Source of the DNA: Candidatus Saganbacteria bacterium
Lineage (GTDB): Bacteria > Margulisbacteria > WOR-1 > O2-12-FULL-45-9
Reading direction: 5' to 3'
Assembly: GCA_016219705.1 (NCBI GenBank)
Contig: JACRKQ010000012.1
Location: forward strand, 1-59,466
Length of the DNA stretch: 59,466 nucleotides
A program made the position numbers and the translations under genes. The notes beneath the pieces are model-generated. The model did no database searches. It saw nothing but the letters and a program-made list of their open reading frames with translations, and was not told the DNA's origin. Positions within the stretch are counted from its first letter, which is position 1; each line of letters opens with the position of its first letter. Below, piece by piece: positions 1-9,791 of this stretch.

Positions 1-504
1 GACGATATCATCTAAGCAAATAGTATCAAGATTTGCAGTGTTACAGTCATGAATGGCGGCATAGAGATTTCCGAGCGTCAAACTTCTTCCTCTTAAAGCT
101 GTTCTGGCGGCGGCAAGATTATACCTGCTGGGAGAAGAATTGGTTGGGCGATCGGAAAATGCTCTATTTAGGGAACCAAATATTGAGGTCTGTAATTGAG
201 GCGTTAATGTCGGTTGGTTTGACTGCACGGCCTGGAAAGTTCGATTTAATATTCTTTGTTCTGGTGATCTACCGTTTGTTCTTGGACGAGCTCGATCAAC
301 GGTTCCCCCGCCTTCAAGAATGAATTGTTCTCCAGCAGGATTGGTGTTCGTTCTACTTCCGGGAACAGTAACGGTGAGACGAATATCGTTATCGTCGACA
401 AATCTGACCAGTTCAGCTTGAACAGCGCTAGTCAGAGTTCCTCTTCCCCAAGCCGGTAATCGGCCTTCATTTTGGACAATATAAGTTGCGGATGCTTCCA
501 CCAT
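1..504 (-). CDS. Orphan hypothetical protein, runs off the window start (MVEASATYIVQNEGRLPAWGRG...)
   Basis: Manual translation gives 168 stop-free codons from ATG at 504; absent from the ORF track because it has no stop in the window; preceded by the sigma28-like motif. Confidence 0.7.
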   Translation of the reverse strand, partial: MVEASATYIVQNEGRLPAWGRGTLTSAVQAELVRFVDDNDIRLTVTVPGSRTNTNPAGEQFILEGGGTVDRARPRTNGRSPEQRILNRTFQAVQSNQPTLTPQLQTSIFGSLNRAFSDRPTNSSPSRYNLAAARTALRGRSLTLGNLYAAIHDCNTANLDTICLDDIV

Positions 505-514
505 TGCACCTATA

Positions 515-541
515 TTATCGCAGGAAGTGGAGGAAAACTTG
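515..541 (-). promoter_or_regulatory. Sigma28-like promoter motif CAAGTTT-N12-TGCGATAA
   Basis: One of six copies with identical 12-nt spacing; 10 nt upstream of ATG 504. Confidence 0.65.
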
Positions 542-556
542 CATCGATTACTGAAC

Positions 557-916
557 TCACGAACTTAAGAACAGCAACCATTGCCAGAGGGGGACGGTCT
601 TGATCGTTTTGCCTTTTATAACTTCCTGACTTTTTTGGTCGTCGTTTATTATTAATGCTTCGGAAAGATTAAATTTATCCATGGCGAGGAGTAGCGCGCG
701 TATCTCACGATCCCTTGTTTTCTCCTGATTGATATTCCAGCAAACCTGAATAAGCTTGTTCACTGACAATGATTCTTTTAGCAAAAAATCAACCTCCCGA
801 TGGTGGGTGTCTTTCCAGAAGAAAAGCTCCAGGTTGGGATTAAGCGCCATTTGCTGTTTGAGTTTCCAGAAAACAAGGCTTTCCGCGAGATGGCCAAGGT
901 TTTCGCTGACGGCCAT
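557..916 (-). pseudogene. C-terminal DUF4143-type fragment of an AAA_14 ATPase family protein
   Basis: GHLAESLVF, FFWKD..REVDF, LIQVC and VPLWQWLL match the family C-terminus; the P-loop domain is absent. Confidence 0.65.
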
Positions 917-943
917 ATCCGGACTTGTATTGTACTGTATATA

Positions 944-1455
944 TATGAGGTTTATACTGACGAGGGTATTAGTGCCGGTACTACTGACCGCCCTGCCTTG
1001 CAAAAGCTTTTCAAGGATGCCAGGCAGAAAAAGTTCGATTTAGTTATAGTTTATAAAATCGACCGCCTAAGTCGCCGGCTTAAGGACCTAATAGAGATAG
1101 TTGACCAACTGGAAGTAAGCGGAGTAGGGTTTAAGTCCGCGACCGAGCCATTTGATACTACGACTTCGGCTGGTAAGTTAATGTTTCAACAGTTAGGCAG
1201 TTTTGCCGAATTCGAGAGAAATCGTATTGCCGAGAGAGTTTTTCCCGGTATGGTAAAAAGTGTCCAAAGCGGTAACTGGCATGGTTCCAGAAACAGTCCT
1301 ACCGGTTACACTTATAATAAAAAAAAAAGGTTGTTGGAGATTAATGAGCGTGAAGCCAGAATTGTCAGGCTGGTGTATAAGTTGTATTTAGAAGGTAAAA
1401 ACACAGCTCAAATTGCCGAGTATTTAAATGATAGTAAGCGGGAGCCGAGAGCAGG
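944..1455 (+). mobile_element. Truncated large serine recombinase remnant, in frame with miaB
   Basis: YTDEGISAG..DRPAL, VIVYKIDRLSR, FDTTTSAGKLM..FAEFER, P.GY; lacks the catalytic Y.RVS N-terminus and the C-terminal domains. Confidence 0.8.
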
Positions 1456-2509
1456 CCGATATTTTATCAAAACTTACGGTTGCCAAATGAACGTGGCTGA
1501 TTCGGCTAAGCTGGAGGCTGTGCTTGAGCAATCCGATTATACTCAAGCGGAGAATCAAGAATCTGCTGACATCCTCTTAGTCAACACCTGCGTTGTCCGT
1601 CAAAACGCGGAGGATCGTGCTGCCTGGTACGTGACTTCGGCTAAAGGCCTGAAAGAAAAAAATCCTAACTTCAAAATTATCCTTTGCGGCTGTCTGGTTT
1701 CCGAACCCGGCCGCGACGTTAAAAAACAATTTCCTCACGTGGATCTTTTCTTGAAACCGAATGAACCCGGGAAGCTGGCGGAATTCTTAAAACCCCTAAC
1801 CCCTTATTCCCCTTCCCCCTTACCAAGGGGGAAGGGGATAGGGGATGGGGGTGTTACGATTATGACCGGCTGCGACAACTTCTGCTCCTACTGCGTTGTT
1901 CCCTACGTCCGCGGTCGGGAATACAGCCGGCCCCTTGACGAAGTCCTGGCGGAAATCAAAACGTTGGTGGAGCAGGGCGTGACTGATATCACATTGCTGG
2001 GCCAAAACGTAAATTCATATAAATTCGGATTAAGCACATTGTTAAGGGAGATACATTCATTTGACATTTGTCATTTGACATTTGTCATTAGGTTCCTCAC
2101 CTGTCATCCCCGCGATATGTCCGACGAGATCATCGAAGCCGTAGCGGAACTCCCCTACGTCGCCAAAGACTTCATGTTGCCGCTCCAATCTGGTGACGAT
2201 GTGATTTTGCAGAGGATGAATCGCGGCTATAGTCTGGCCCGCTATGTTGATCGGGTCAAAAAAATTCGCAGTTTAATGCCCATGGCTACCATAAGCGCTG
2301 ATATCCTCGTTGGTTTTCCCGGCGAGACGGAGGAACAATTCCAAAATACTTTGCGAGCCATTGAAGAAATCAAGTTCAATGATGTGCACATGTTTGCGTA
2401 TTCGCCCAGGCCAAACACGGCGGCTGCCACTTTACCTGACCAATTGTCTGATGAAATCAAGCAAGAGCGCCTGCAGCGTTTGATAAAAATGGTGCGAAAT
2501 ATGTTATAA
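1456..2509 (+). CDS. miaB: tRNA methylthiotransferase MiaB (radical SAM), no TRAM domain; C-terminal part of ORF 800..2509
   Basis: IKTYGCQMN..DS, NTCVVR, CDNFCSYCVVPYVRGRE, LLGQNVNSY, DILVGFPGETEE. Confidence 0.85.
1792..1852. repeat. GC-rich palindromic element inserted in frame in miaB
   Basis: Perfect 14-bp stem TCCCCTTCCCCCTT-acc-AAGGGGGAAGGGGA (1808-1838), encoding PLTPYSPSPLPRGKGIGDGG. Confidence 0.8.
2058..2092. repeat. Heptamer tandem repeat CATTTG(A/T) inside miaB
   Basis: catttga catttgt catttga catttgt cattagg; last 12 bp identical to 52449-52460. Confidence 0.75.
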
Positions 2510-2522
2510 TCTGCAAAAAGGT

Positions 2523-2636
2523 TAGTGCCCTCATCCGCTGGCGCAAAACACTCCCCCTTCTCCCAGAGGGAGAAGGCGACTCCCTCTCCCTTTGGGAGAG
2601 GGAGGGTAGCTTTAGGGTAAGCGGGTGAGGGTACTA
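2523..2636. repeat. Intergenic nested palindromic element (CCCTC...GAGGG type)
   Basis: Outer arms tagtgccctcatccgct/agcgggtgagggtacta; inner hairpins ccttctccc/gggagaagg and tccctctccc/gggagaggga. Confidence 0.8.
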
Positions 2637-2656
2637 TACAGGAGGAGCTAACAAAA

Positions 2657-3601
2657 ATGGCAAATTCTGAACTCCGCGTTTTCTACGGTACTTCTCATTC
2701 CGAGCTCGGTGAAAAAATTGTTAAACATTTAGGCTTGACCGCGGGCGACATTAAAATCTCCCGTTTTTCCGGCGGCGAGATTTACGCCCGGATCGCGGAA
2801 AACGTCCGGGGACAAAGCTGCGTCATCATCCAGACCTGCACCGATCAGGTTAACGCTGACCTGATGGAATTATTCATTATTATCGACGCCATGAAACGCG
2901 CTTCGGCCAGTTCAATTGCGGCGGTTATACCCCATTTTGGTTATGCCCGCCAGGACAGGAAGGCTGCTTCCCGGGAGCCCATTTCTGCCCGTCTCGTTGC
3001 TAACCTTCTGGAAACTGCGGGCGCCGATCGGGTGGTCGCTATGGATTTGCACTCTGACCAGATACAAGGTTTCTTTAATATTCCCGTCGATACCTTGACG
3101 GCCATACCGATTATCACCAATTATATTAAAAGTAAAAACCTCAAAGATCCGGTTGTTATTGCTCCCGATACCGGCCGGGTTAAAGTGGCTAAGAAATTAG
3201 CGGATCGGATTGGAGCAAAATTGGCGATCCTCCATAAAGTCCGCTCCGGCCATCATCAATCGGAAATTACCCATGTCGTCGGGGAAGTCAAAAATAAAAC
3301 TGTAATTTTGACCGATGATATGATCGATACGGCCGGGACGATTACCAGCGGGATTGACGCCCTGCGCCAAGCGAGCTGTAATTCTGACGTTTATGTGACC
3401 GCCACCCATGGCATTTTCTCCGGGCCGGCGGTGGAGCGGATGACCAAAGCTAATTGCGCTGAAGTCATTGTTACCGATACCTTGCCGATACCAAAAGAAA
3501 AACAATTCCAGGGCTTAAAGATTCTTTCGACAGCGGATCTTTTAGCCCAAGCAATCAGGAGAAATTATGAAAACCAATCCATTACATCACTCTTTGATTA
3601 A
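2657..3601 (+). CDS. prs: Ribose-phosphate pyrophosphokinase
   Basis: FSGGE, PHFGYARQDRK, DLHS.QIQGFF, DDMIDTAGT; GGAGG RBS. Confidence 0.97.
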   Translation: MANSELRVFYGTSHSELGEKIVKHLGLTAGDIKISRFSGGEIYARIAENVRGQSCVIIQTCTDQVNADLMELFIIIDAMKRASASSIAAVIPHFGYARQDRKAASREPISARLVANLLETAGADRVVAMDLHSDQIQGFFNIPVDTLTAIPIITNYIKSKNLKDPVVIAPDTGRVKVAKKLADRIGAKLAILHKVRSGHHQSEITHVVGEVKNKTVILTDDMIDTAGTITSGIDALRQASCNSDVYVTATHGIFSGPAVERMTKANCAEVIVTDTLPIPKEKQFQGLKILSTADLLAQAIRRNYENQSITSLFD

Positions 3602-4832
3602 AATCGGGATCATCGGCCTCGGCAATATCGGTTCAGCCGTCGCGGAGAATGTGATTAGAAATCACGCGGCGATTTTACAGAATAGAGGGATTGCTCTCTC
3701 CATCGCCAAAGTTTGCGACATCCGCCGCCGAAAAATTAATCTACCGTTGACCGACGACCCGGCGGAAATCATTAACGACCCGGATATTTCTGTCGTGGTG
3801 GAAGCAATTGGCGGAGAAAAACCGGCGGCAGAATTTATCCTAGCGGCGCTTAAGGCTGGTAAACATGTGGTGACGCCAAATAAGGAAGTCATCGCTAAAC
3901 ATTTGCCAAAATTCTTAACACAAGCGAAAAAATCCGGCGTCCAACTGCGGTTTGAAGCGGCCGTCGGCGGCGGCATCCCGATCATCGCCGCTTTACAGGA
4001 AAATTTAGTCGGTAGCCGGCTCAATGAAGTTTACGGCATTGTTAATGGCACGACCAATTATATCCTTTCCAGGATGTTAGGAGAGGGGATAGAGTTTGCC
4101 GCTGCGCTGAAAGGAGCGCAGGCTAAAGGTTATGCGGAACAAAACCCGGCGGCTGATATCGCAGGCCAAGATGCGGCTTACAAGGCTGTGATTCTGGCAG
4201 CCAGCGCATTTCGGGTCCAGGTTGACTGGAAACAAGTTTATCGTGAAGGTATCAAGGCCATTACCCAGGAAGACATTCACTACGCTTTTGATATTGGTTA
4301 CGTTATTAAGTTACTGGCGATTGTCAGATTAGAGAAAAATAAATTAGATGTCAGGGTTCATCCGGCCCTGGTTGTGCACGACCATCCTCTGGCTTCCGTC
4401 TCTGATAACTATAACGCTATCTATGTAAAGGGCGAACCGGTCGGACAATTGATGTTTTATGGACCGGGGGCGGGGGGTGGACCGACGGCGTCAGCGATTA
4501 TTGGGGATGTGATCAGAGTATCAGAACATCAGAGCATCAGAATATCAGATTTAAAAAAGATCCCTTTGCAAAAGATCGGTGAGATCTCTAGCCGGTATTA
4601 TCTACGGCTGCAGGTTTTGGACCGTCCCGGGGTGTTAGCGGATATTGCCAGGATTTTTGCCCGCCATAATGTCAGCCTCGCGGCGGTAACGCAGAAAGAA
4701 GTAGTTGATGGATTGGTGACGATTGTGATTTTAACGCACGAAGTTAACGAGAAAAACCTGCAAAAAGCTTTAAGTCAGTTGAAACATTTGGCTGCGGTGC
4801 GAAAAATAGGCAATGTAATCAGGATTATTTAA
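3567..4832 (+). CDS. hom: Homoserine dehydrogenase with C-terminal ACT domain
   Basis: GLGNIG, FEAAVGGGIP, GIVNGTTNYIL, GPGAGG.PTASA, DRPGVLA. Confidence 0.95.
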   Translation: MKTNPLHHSLIKIGIIGLGNIGSAVAENVIRNHAAILQNRGIALSIAKVCDIRRRKINLPLTDDPAEIINDPDISVVVEAIGGEKPAAEFILAALKAGKHVVTPNKEVIAKHLPKFLTQAKKSGVQLRFEAAVGGGIPIIAALQENLVGSRLNEVYGIVNGTTNYILSRMLGEGIEFAAALKGAQAKGYAEQNPAADIAGQDAAYKAVILAASAFRVQVDWKQVYREGIKAITQEDIHYAFDIGYVIKLLAIVRLEKNKLDVRVHPALVVHDHPLASVSDNYNAIYVKGEPVGQLMFYGPGAGGGPTASAIIGDVIRVSEHQSIRISDLKKIPLQKIGEISSRYYLRLQVLDRPGVLADIARIFARHNVSLAAVTQKEVVDGLVTIVILTHEVNEKNLQKALSQLKHLAAVRKIGNVIRII

Positions 4833-4841
4833 TGGCGATCA

Positions 4842-5789
4842 ATGAAGCTTAAGTTTGTCTTAATGGCTGCGGCTGTTGTCTTATGCCTGACAGGTAATCT
4901 GCGAGCGCAGCAAGATCCGCCTTCATCAACGCGCCAAATCCAGCTCTTTGTTGAACCAGCCGCTGGCCGGCAGCCGATTATCGACGCTATAAATGGAGCC
5001 AAACAAGCTATCCGCGTCGAGAGCTACCTGCTGACGGATTTTAAAATTATGCAGGCCTTGCGCGATGCCGCCCGGCGCGGCATCAACGTGCGGATCATCC
5101 TTGGAGCGCCGCCGTACGAAAAAATAAAGTCCCGGACCGGAAATCCTGCTTTTGCCTTAACGCACGCCAAGTTTCTTATAATTGATAATTCACAAGCTTT
5201 CATCATGACGCTTAATCTGACCAAATCCGCCTTTGGCCGCAACCGCGAGTTTGGCGTCATCACCGGTTATCCGGATGACGTCGAAGAGCTCAAAGAATTG
5301 TTTGAAGCGGATTGGGATAGGTCGACCAGCCGGATTGTCAATCGCGACCTGGTCTGCGGGCCCTCTGATTCCAGGGTTAAAATACTCTCTTTTATTGACG
5401 GGGCAAAAAAATCGCTGGAAATTTACAATGAGGAGCTTCAGGATAAGGAGATTGAAAACCATTTACTGGCTGCCGTCGGCCGCGGAGTGGACGTTCGGCT
5501 TATCCTTCCCCCGGTGAAAAACGATCGCGATCCCAATGCCTTTGGCCAGCCGCGGCTCCTGGCCGGCGGGGTGAAAATTAACTGGCTGCAAAAACCGTTT
5601 GTCCACGCTAAAATGATTTTAGCCGATCGCCGGCGCGCTTTTGTCGGCTCGCAGAATTTTTCTCCCGCTTCCCTGGACCGCAACCGCGAAGTGGGAATTT
5701 TGCTCGATGAAGCGACCGCAATCAAGACATTAGCGGAAACTTTTGACGCAGATTGGACCAAAAGCCGGCCGGCGGAGCTTCCCCGATAG
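4842..5789 (+). CDS. Exported phospholipase D-family protein
   Basis: Signal peptide; two HKD motifs HAKFLIID and HAKMILAD..GSQN. Confidence 0.85.
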   Translation: MKLKFVLMAAAVVLCLTGNLRAQQDPPSSTRQIQLFVEPAAGRQPIIDAINGAKQAIRVESYLLTDFKIMQALRDAARRGINVRIILGAPPYEKIKSRTGNPAFALTHAKFLIIDNSQAFIMTLNLTKSAFGRNREFGVITGYPDDVEELKELFEADWDRSTSRIVNRDLVCGPSDSRVKILSFIDGAKKSLEIYNEELQDKEIENHLLAAVGRGVDVRLILPPVKNDRDPNAFGQPRLLAGGVKINWLQKPFVHAKMILADRRRAFVGSQNFSPASLDRNREVGILLDEATAIKTLAETFDADWTKSRPAELPR

Positions 5790-7270
5790 TGGCGAAGAAT
5801 TTATTTTTATCTAAAAGCAAGTATCTCCACGGGTTACAGTGCCCCAAATATTTCTGGTATGAATATCATGATAAATCGGCTATCCCGCCGCCGAAGCTGG
5901 CGATCCAGCGGTCTTTTGACGAAGGTAAAAAGATCGGCGAATTAGCGCAAAAACTTTTTCCCGGAGGCCTGTTGTTGGCCAGGGAGAGAGAGCCGCGGCT
6001 GCAACATAAGCAATCGGTTGCTGCCCTTAAATTGCGCCGCCCATTATTTGAACCCGGTTTTGTCTTCCAGCAAACTTATGCGCTGGCCGACATTTTAACC
6101 CCCGTTGGCGACGATGAATGGGACATGATCGAAGTCAAGAGCAGTACCAGCGTTAAAAGCGAATATTATCATGACGCGGCCTTCCAGCGGTATGTTTATG
6201 AAGGGGCTGGTTTAAAGATCAGACGCTGTTTTATTTTACATCTCAATAAAGGATATATCCGTCGCGGCGCATTGGATGTGGAAGCTTTATTTAATAAAGT
6301 CGATATCACCCAGGAATGCCAGGTTCTCGCTGGACAGATTAGCGCCCAGATCGAACTGCTCAATAAAGTTATGGCCAGCCAGGATATCCCGGCGATAAGG
6401 ATTGGCCCGCATTGCGATAAGCCCCACCATTGTCCTTTGAGTAACTTGTGTTGGTCGTTTTTGCCGGAAGAGGACAATGTTTTCCTGCTGAACGGCGGCG
6501 GACAAAAGTGCTGGGAATTGCTGGACCAGGGGATAACGAAATTGACTGATATCCCCGCGAACTACGACTTAAATTTTCGCCAGGTCGCCCAGATCCAGGC
6601 CCACCAAAGCCGCCGGCCTTATTTTGATAAAGAGGCAATCAGGGAATTCCTGACGGCGATAAAATATCCGTTATTTTTCCTTGATTTTGAGACGTTAGCG
6701 ACGGCAGTCCCTTTATTTGACGGGGTCGGCCCGTACCAGCCGGTCCCTTTCCAATATGTTGTTTATTGTCTTAAAAGCGCAGAGAGCTCCCCCGAAAAGT
6801 TTTCTTTTCTGGCACCTGATCGCCAGGACCCGCGCGAGACAATTTTACGCCAATTACAGCAGTTACTGGGAGAAGCAGGCTCAATCATCGCTTACAGCGC
6901 AGCCTTCGAGAAAAATTGCCTGAAGGCGGCGGCGAACGAATATCCAGAATACCGCGAGTGGGTGGAACGGTTGAACAAGCGTTTTGTCGATTTATTAGTG
7001 CCGTTCCAAAAATTTTACTATTACCATCCCCAACAATTAGGGCGCGCGTCGATAAAAAATGTTTTACCGGCCCTGACCGGCCGTTCGTACAAGGGGTTGG
7101 AAATCGGTGAGGGCGGGACGGCCTCCGCCGAATTTTATCGGGTCATGTTTGGGGATAATGTTTCGGCCGAAGAACGGGAAAAAATCCGCGCCGCCTTGGA
7201 AATTTATTGTGATCAGGATACTCTTGGAATGGTGGAGATACTGGAGATTCTGCAGCGGCACGTTAAATAA
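5789..7270 (+). CDS. DUF2779-type protein (Cas4/RecB-like PD-(D/E)xK domain plus RNase H-like C-terminal domain)
   Basis: LSKSKY..G.QCPK, ADIL..IEVKSS, C..PH.C....C, FLDFET, YCDQDT; GTG at 5789 overlaps the PLD stop. Confidence 0.8.
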   Translation: MAKNLFLSKSKYLHGLQCPKYFWYEYHDKSAIPPPKLAIQRSFDEGKKIGELAQKLFPGGLLLAREREPRLQHKQSVAALKLRRPLFEPGFVFQQTYALADILTPVGDDEWDMIEVKSSTSVKSEYYHDAAFQRYVYEGAGLKIRRCFILHLNKGYIRRGALDVEALFNKVDITQECQVLAGQISAQIELLNKVMASQDIPAIRIGPHCDKPHHCPLSNLCWSFLPEEDNVFLLNGGGQKCWELLDQGITKLTDIPANYDLNFRQVAQIQAHQSRRPYFDKEAIREFLTAIKYPLFFLDFETLATAVPLFDGVGPYQPVPFQYVVYCLKSAESSPEKFSFLAPDRQDPRETILRQLQQLLGEAGSIIAYSAAFEKNCLKAAANEYPEYREWVERLNKRFVDLLVPFQKFYYYHPQQLGRASIKNVLPALTGRSYKGLEIGEGGTASAEFYRVMFGDNVSAEEREKIRAALEIYCDQDTLGMVEILEILQRHVK

Positions 7271-7309
7271 GTTAAAAAGGGAAAACATTTTAACGTATCA
7301 ACATTTTAA

Positions 7310-7675
7310 CTAAAGCGACTCTGCCCATGGTTTTTTCCTCAAAGCCTTCTTTGCTGAAGTTAGTTTTTTCTGTTTCAGCGTCTTCTCCTTAGACCGCCGC
7401 GACCGCCGCCGCTTCTGCCGCCGTATTTTTTCAATTTGTCTTTGTCGTTCCGATTTCTGTTGGTTTAATCTTTCCGCGATCTTTTCCTCTAAACGGCGCC
7501 AGGCTAATAAACGGTTGACGGCCTGGGAACGCTCCTGGGTCATTTTAACTTCAATCCCCGTCGGCAGATGCTTTAAATAGACGCCCGTTGCCGTCTTATT
7601 GACGTTCTGTCCACCCGGGCCGCCGGAGCGGATAAACTTTTCTATGATGTCGCTTTTCTTGATAAAATTGGTCAT
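7310..7675 (-). CDS. arfB: ArfB-like peptidyl-tRNA hydrolase (release factor family)
   Basis: RSGGPGGQNVNK, ERSQ..NR, basic C-terminal tail. Confidence 0.8.
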   Translation of the reverse strand: MTNFIKKSDIIEKFIRSGGPGGQNVNKTATGVYLKHLPTGIEVKMTQERSQAVNRLLAWRRLEEKIAERLNQQKSERQRQIEKIRRQKRRRSRRSKEKTLKQKKLTSAKKALRKKPWAESL

Positions 7676-7716
7676 ATTGTTGCCTTTATTATACATTAGT
7701 GCTAGAATTTTTTACA

Positions 7717-9231
7717 ATGATGCGTAGAGATTTAACATGCTCGAAACCTAAGAATGAATTCTCGGTTCCTCGCATGAGAATAAAAAAAAATGGAACCGCT
7801 CCGATGTTCATCGGAGCAGGTTCCATTTTTACCAGTTTTAGTTTTTCAATCGTGTTACTGTTCCTGCTGGTCACTGCCGCATTGGCTGCTGACAGCAGTA
7901 TAAAGTTCAAAGATATGCCGGATAATCATTGGGCGGCGCCGGCGGTTTATGACCTGGTTAAGTTAGGGGTGACCAAAGGCTATCCCGACGGGACTTTCCG
8001 GGGTGATAAGCAAATTTCTCGCTACGAAACGGCGCTATTTCTCTCTAAGCTTGCCAAGTCGCTGACTGGGAATTCGACGCTGAAAAAAGATATCGACTTG
8101 TTCCGTCAGGAAATTGTCGCCTGGCAGCAAAAACCGCAAAAAGGGATGTTGGACGGCAGTTACCAGGCTGCCTGGAAGTTCTGCAACCTGCTGGCTAATA
8201 CGGACGCGCGCGGCGCCCTGGCCAATTATCGCCTGCAATTAGGTTCAACTTATAAATTGGGAGACAGCGCTGATATCAGGGTTGGTCTTGACACGACAGA
8301 TTATGGATATTTCAATGATGGGTTATCGACTACCGGAATTGTGGCGACAGATTTATTGGATATTACCTCCAACCTTAAACTTAGCGCGAGTTCTATCGGT
8401 TGGCCCGACCCGGTTGAGCTCAAGCTCTCTGTCGGGCCGGGGCCCAAGCAGCACACGGCGGACCCGACGGGGATAATTTCCAGCGAAGTTGGCGTTACCT
8501 ATCTTCGGCCGTATACCGGGATTACGGTGGCAACTTCATTCTGGGGGACAAAAGTCGCCGCTGGTTATGAGGCGCGCGGCCACGCAGCTTCCGGTCGCAT
8601 CACGGCCAATAATATTTTCGGAACATTGGGTTATGAGTTCAAAGGGATCCCTTTAATTGATCAATTACAATTGACAGCTACCGGACAGCAGCTTTCAACC
8701 GGCCAATATTCAATCGCGAATCGCGACCTTCGGGCTTCAATCGTCATGAATTTTCCTCTGGGTAATAAAATTGAAGCTGGCGGGACGTTGGGCTTAAGCG
8801 GTCAGGATCGTTCAAAATGGTTGGTTGGCGGCAGTGTGGCCATCAATGACGTTTGGGATACGGGGACTGTCGCGGTCATAAAAGCGGCCAAAGTCGGCGC
8901 TGGTTTTATCGACGATCGTTTTGCGGCGGCGGAGATTGACTTGGCCGGTTTTGATAATTTTAACCGCCCGCTGGTCAATGGCTCGGTAAATATCGGCGGA
9001 CAAATTGTCCAATCGGTTTCGGACGATTTAAAACTTGTCGGTAAAGGCGATGTTCGCCTGCAGCCGGATTATACTTATGCCGGGATCAAAGGACGGCTAA
9101 CGGCTGAAGGAGGAATTTCTTACGCTGTTGCGCCCAATACGACTTTTGACGCCCGCTATCGTTTTTCTCATGATAAATCAACCAACACGAAATCAGATCT
9201 CGCCGCGTTGGGGCTCGTTTACCAGTTTTGA
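7717..9231 (+). CDS. SLH-domain outer membrane porin-like protein (start uncertain, 7717 or 7774)
   Basis: Signal peptide; F.DMP.NHWA, GYPDGTFRG...SRYE SLH motif; beta-rich C-terminus ending in F. Confidence 0.8.
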   Translation: MMRRDLTCSKPKNEFSVPRMRIKKNGTAPMFIGAGSIFTSFSFSIVLLFLLVTAALAADSSIKFKDMPDNHWAAPAVYDLVKLGVTKGYPDGTFRGDKQISRYETALFLSKLAKSLTGNSTLKKDIDLFRQEIVAWQQKPQKGMLDGSYQAAWKFCNLLANTDARGALANYRLQLGSTYKLGDSADIRVGLDTTDYGYFNDGLSTTGIVATDLLDITSNLKLSASSIGWPDPVELKLSVGPGPKQHTADPTGIISSEVGVTYLRPYTGITVATSFWGTKVAAGYEARGHAASGRITANNIFGTLGYEFKGIPLIDQLQLTATGQQLSTGQYSIANRDLRASIVMNFPLGNKIEAGGTLGLSGQDRSKWLVGGSVAINDVWDTGTVAVIKAAKVGAGFIDDRFAAAEIDLAGFDNFNRPLVNGSVNIGGQIVQSVSDDLKLVGKGDVRLQPDYTYAGIKGRLTAEGGISYAVAPNTTFDARYRFSHDKSTNTKSDLAALGLVYQF

Positions 9232-9782
9232 TAATCGGCAAGCAGATTTTCCACTATTCAACAATAGATTCCACCAATACGGAAGCGAAGCGGTTAATCG
9301 CTTCTGGTCAGGCGGCTGAAGGAGCAGTTATAATTGCCGACGCGCAGACAACCGGCCGCGGTAAACCGGGAAGCAGCTGGTTCTCGCCGCCGGATTTGGG
9401 CCTCTACTTGTCAGCGGCGGTCAAACCTTATAAAAATCAAGCGGACTTAACGAACCTAACGTCTGTGGCCGCTGCCGCTGTCGCGGACTTAATTAAAGAT
9501 TTGACGCGATTGGAAGCCGCTATTAAATTGTCTAATGATATTCTGCTTAGCGGCAAAAAAGTTTGCGGAATACTTTGCGAACATTTAACCTCCGGGTTTG
9601 TTGTCATTGGCATTGGTTTAAACGTTAATCATCTGTCAACCTCTTTTCCGGCTGAATTGGCCGGTCAGGCGACGTCATTACAGATAGAGACGGGAGATGT
9701 TTTTGATTTGACCGCCGTGCGGCAAAAAATATTAGAACAGCTCAATCGTCATTACCTTGCCTATTTACGAGAAATTTGCTAA
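9228..9782 (+). CDS. birA: Biotin-protein ligase, catalytic domain only
   Basis: IDSTN, QTTGRGK, W.SP, NDI...KKVCGIL, GIGLNV. Confidence 0.92.
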   Translation: MIIGKQIFHYSTIDSTNTEAKRLIASGQAAEGAVIIADAQTTGRGKPGSSWFSPPDLGLYLSAAVKPYKNQADLTNLTSVAAAAVADLIKDLTRLEAAIKLSNDILLSGKKVCGILCEHLTSGFVVIGIGLNVNHLSTSFPAELAGQATSLQIETGDVFDLTAVRQKILEQLNRHYLAYLREIC

Positions 9783-9791
9783 CATAAATAG

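Noticed and set aside
33-323. Plus-strand 96-aa ORF
   Set aside because: Shadow of the longer minus-strand frame 1..504, which has the upstream motif
800-943. Listed N-terminus of the 569-aa ORF
   Set aside because: It is the antisense of the DUF4143 fragment and shows no recombinase similarity
5789-7270. CRISPR-associated Cas4
   Set aside because: Cas4-like motifs only; DUF2779 architecture, with no cas1 or array in the window
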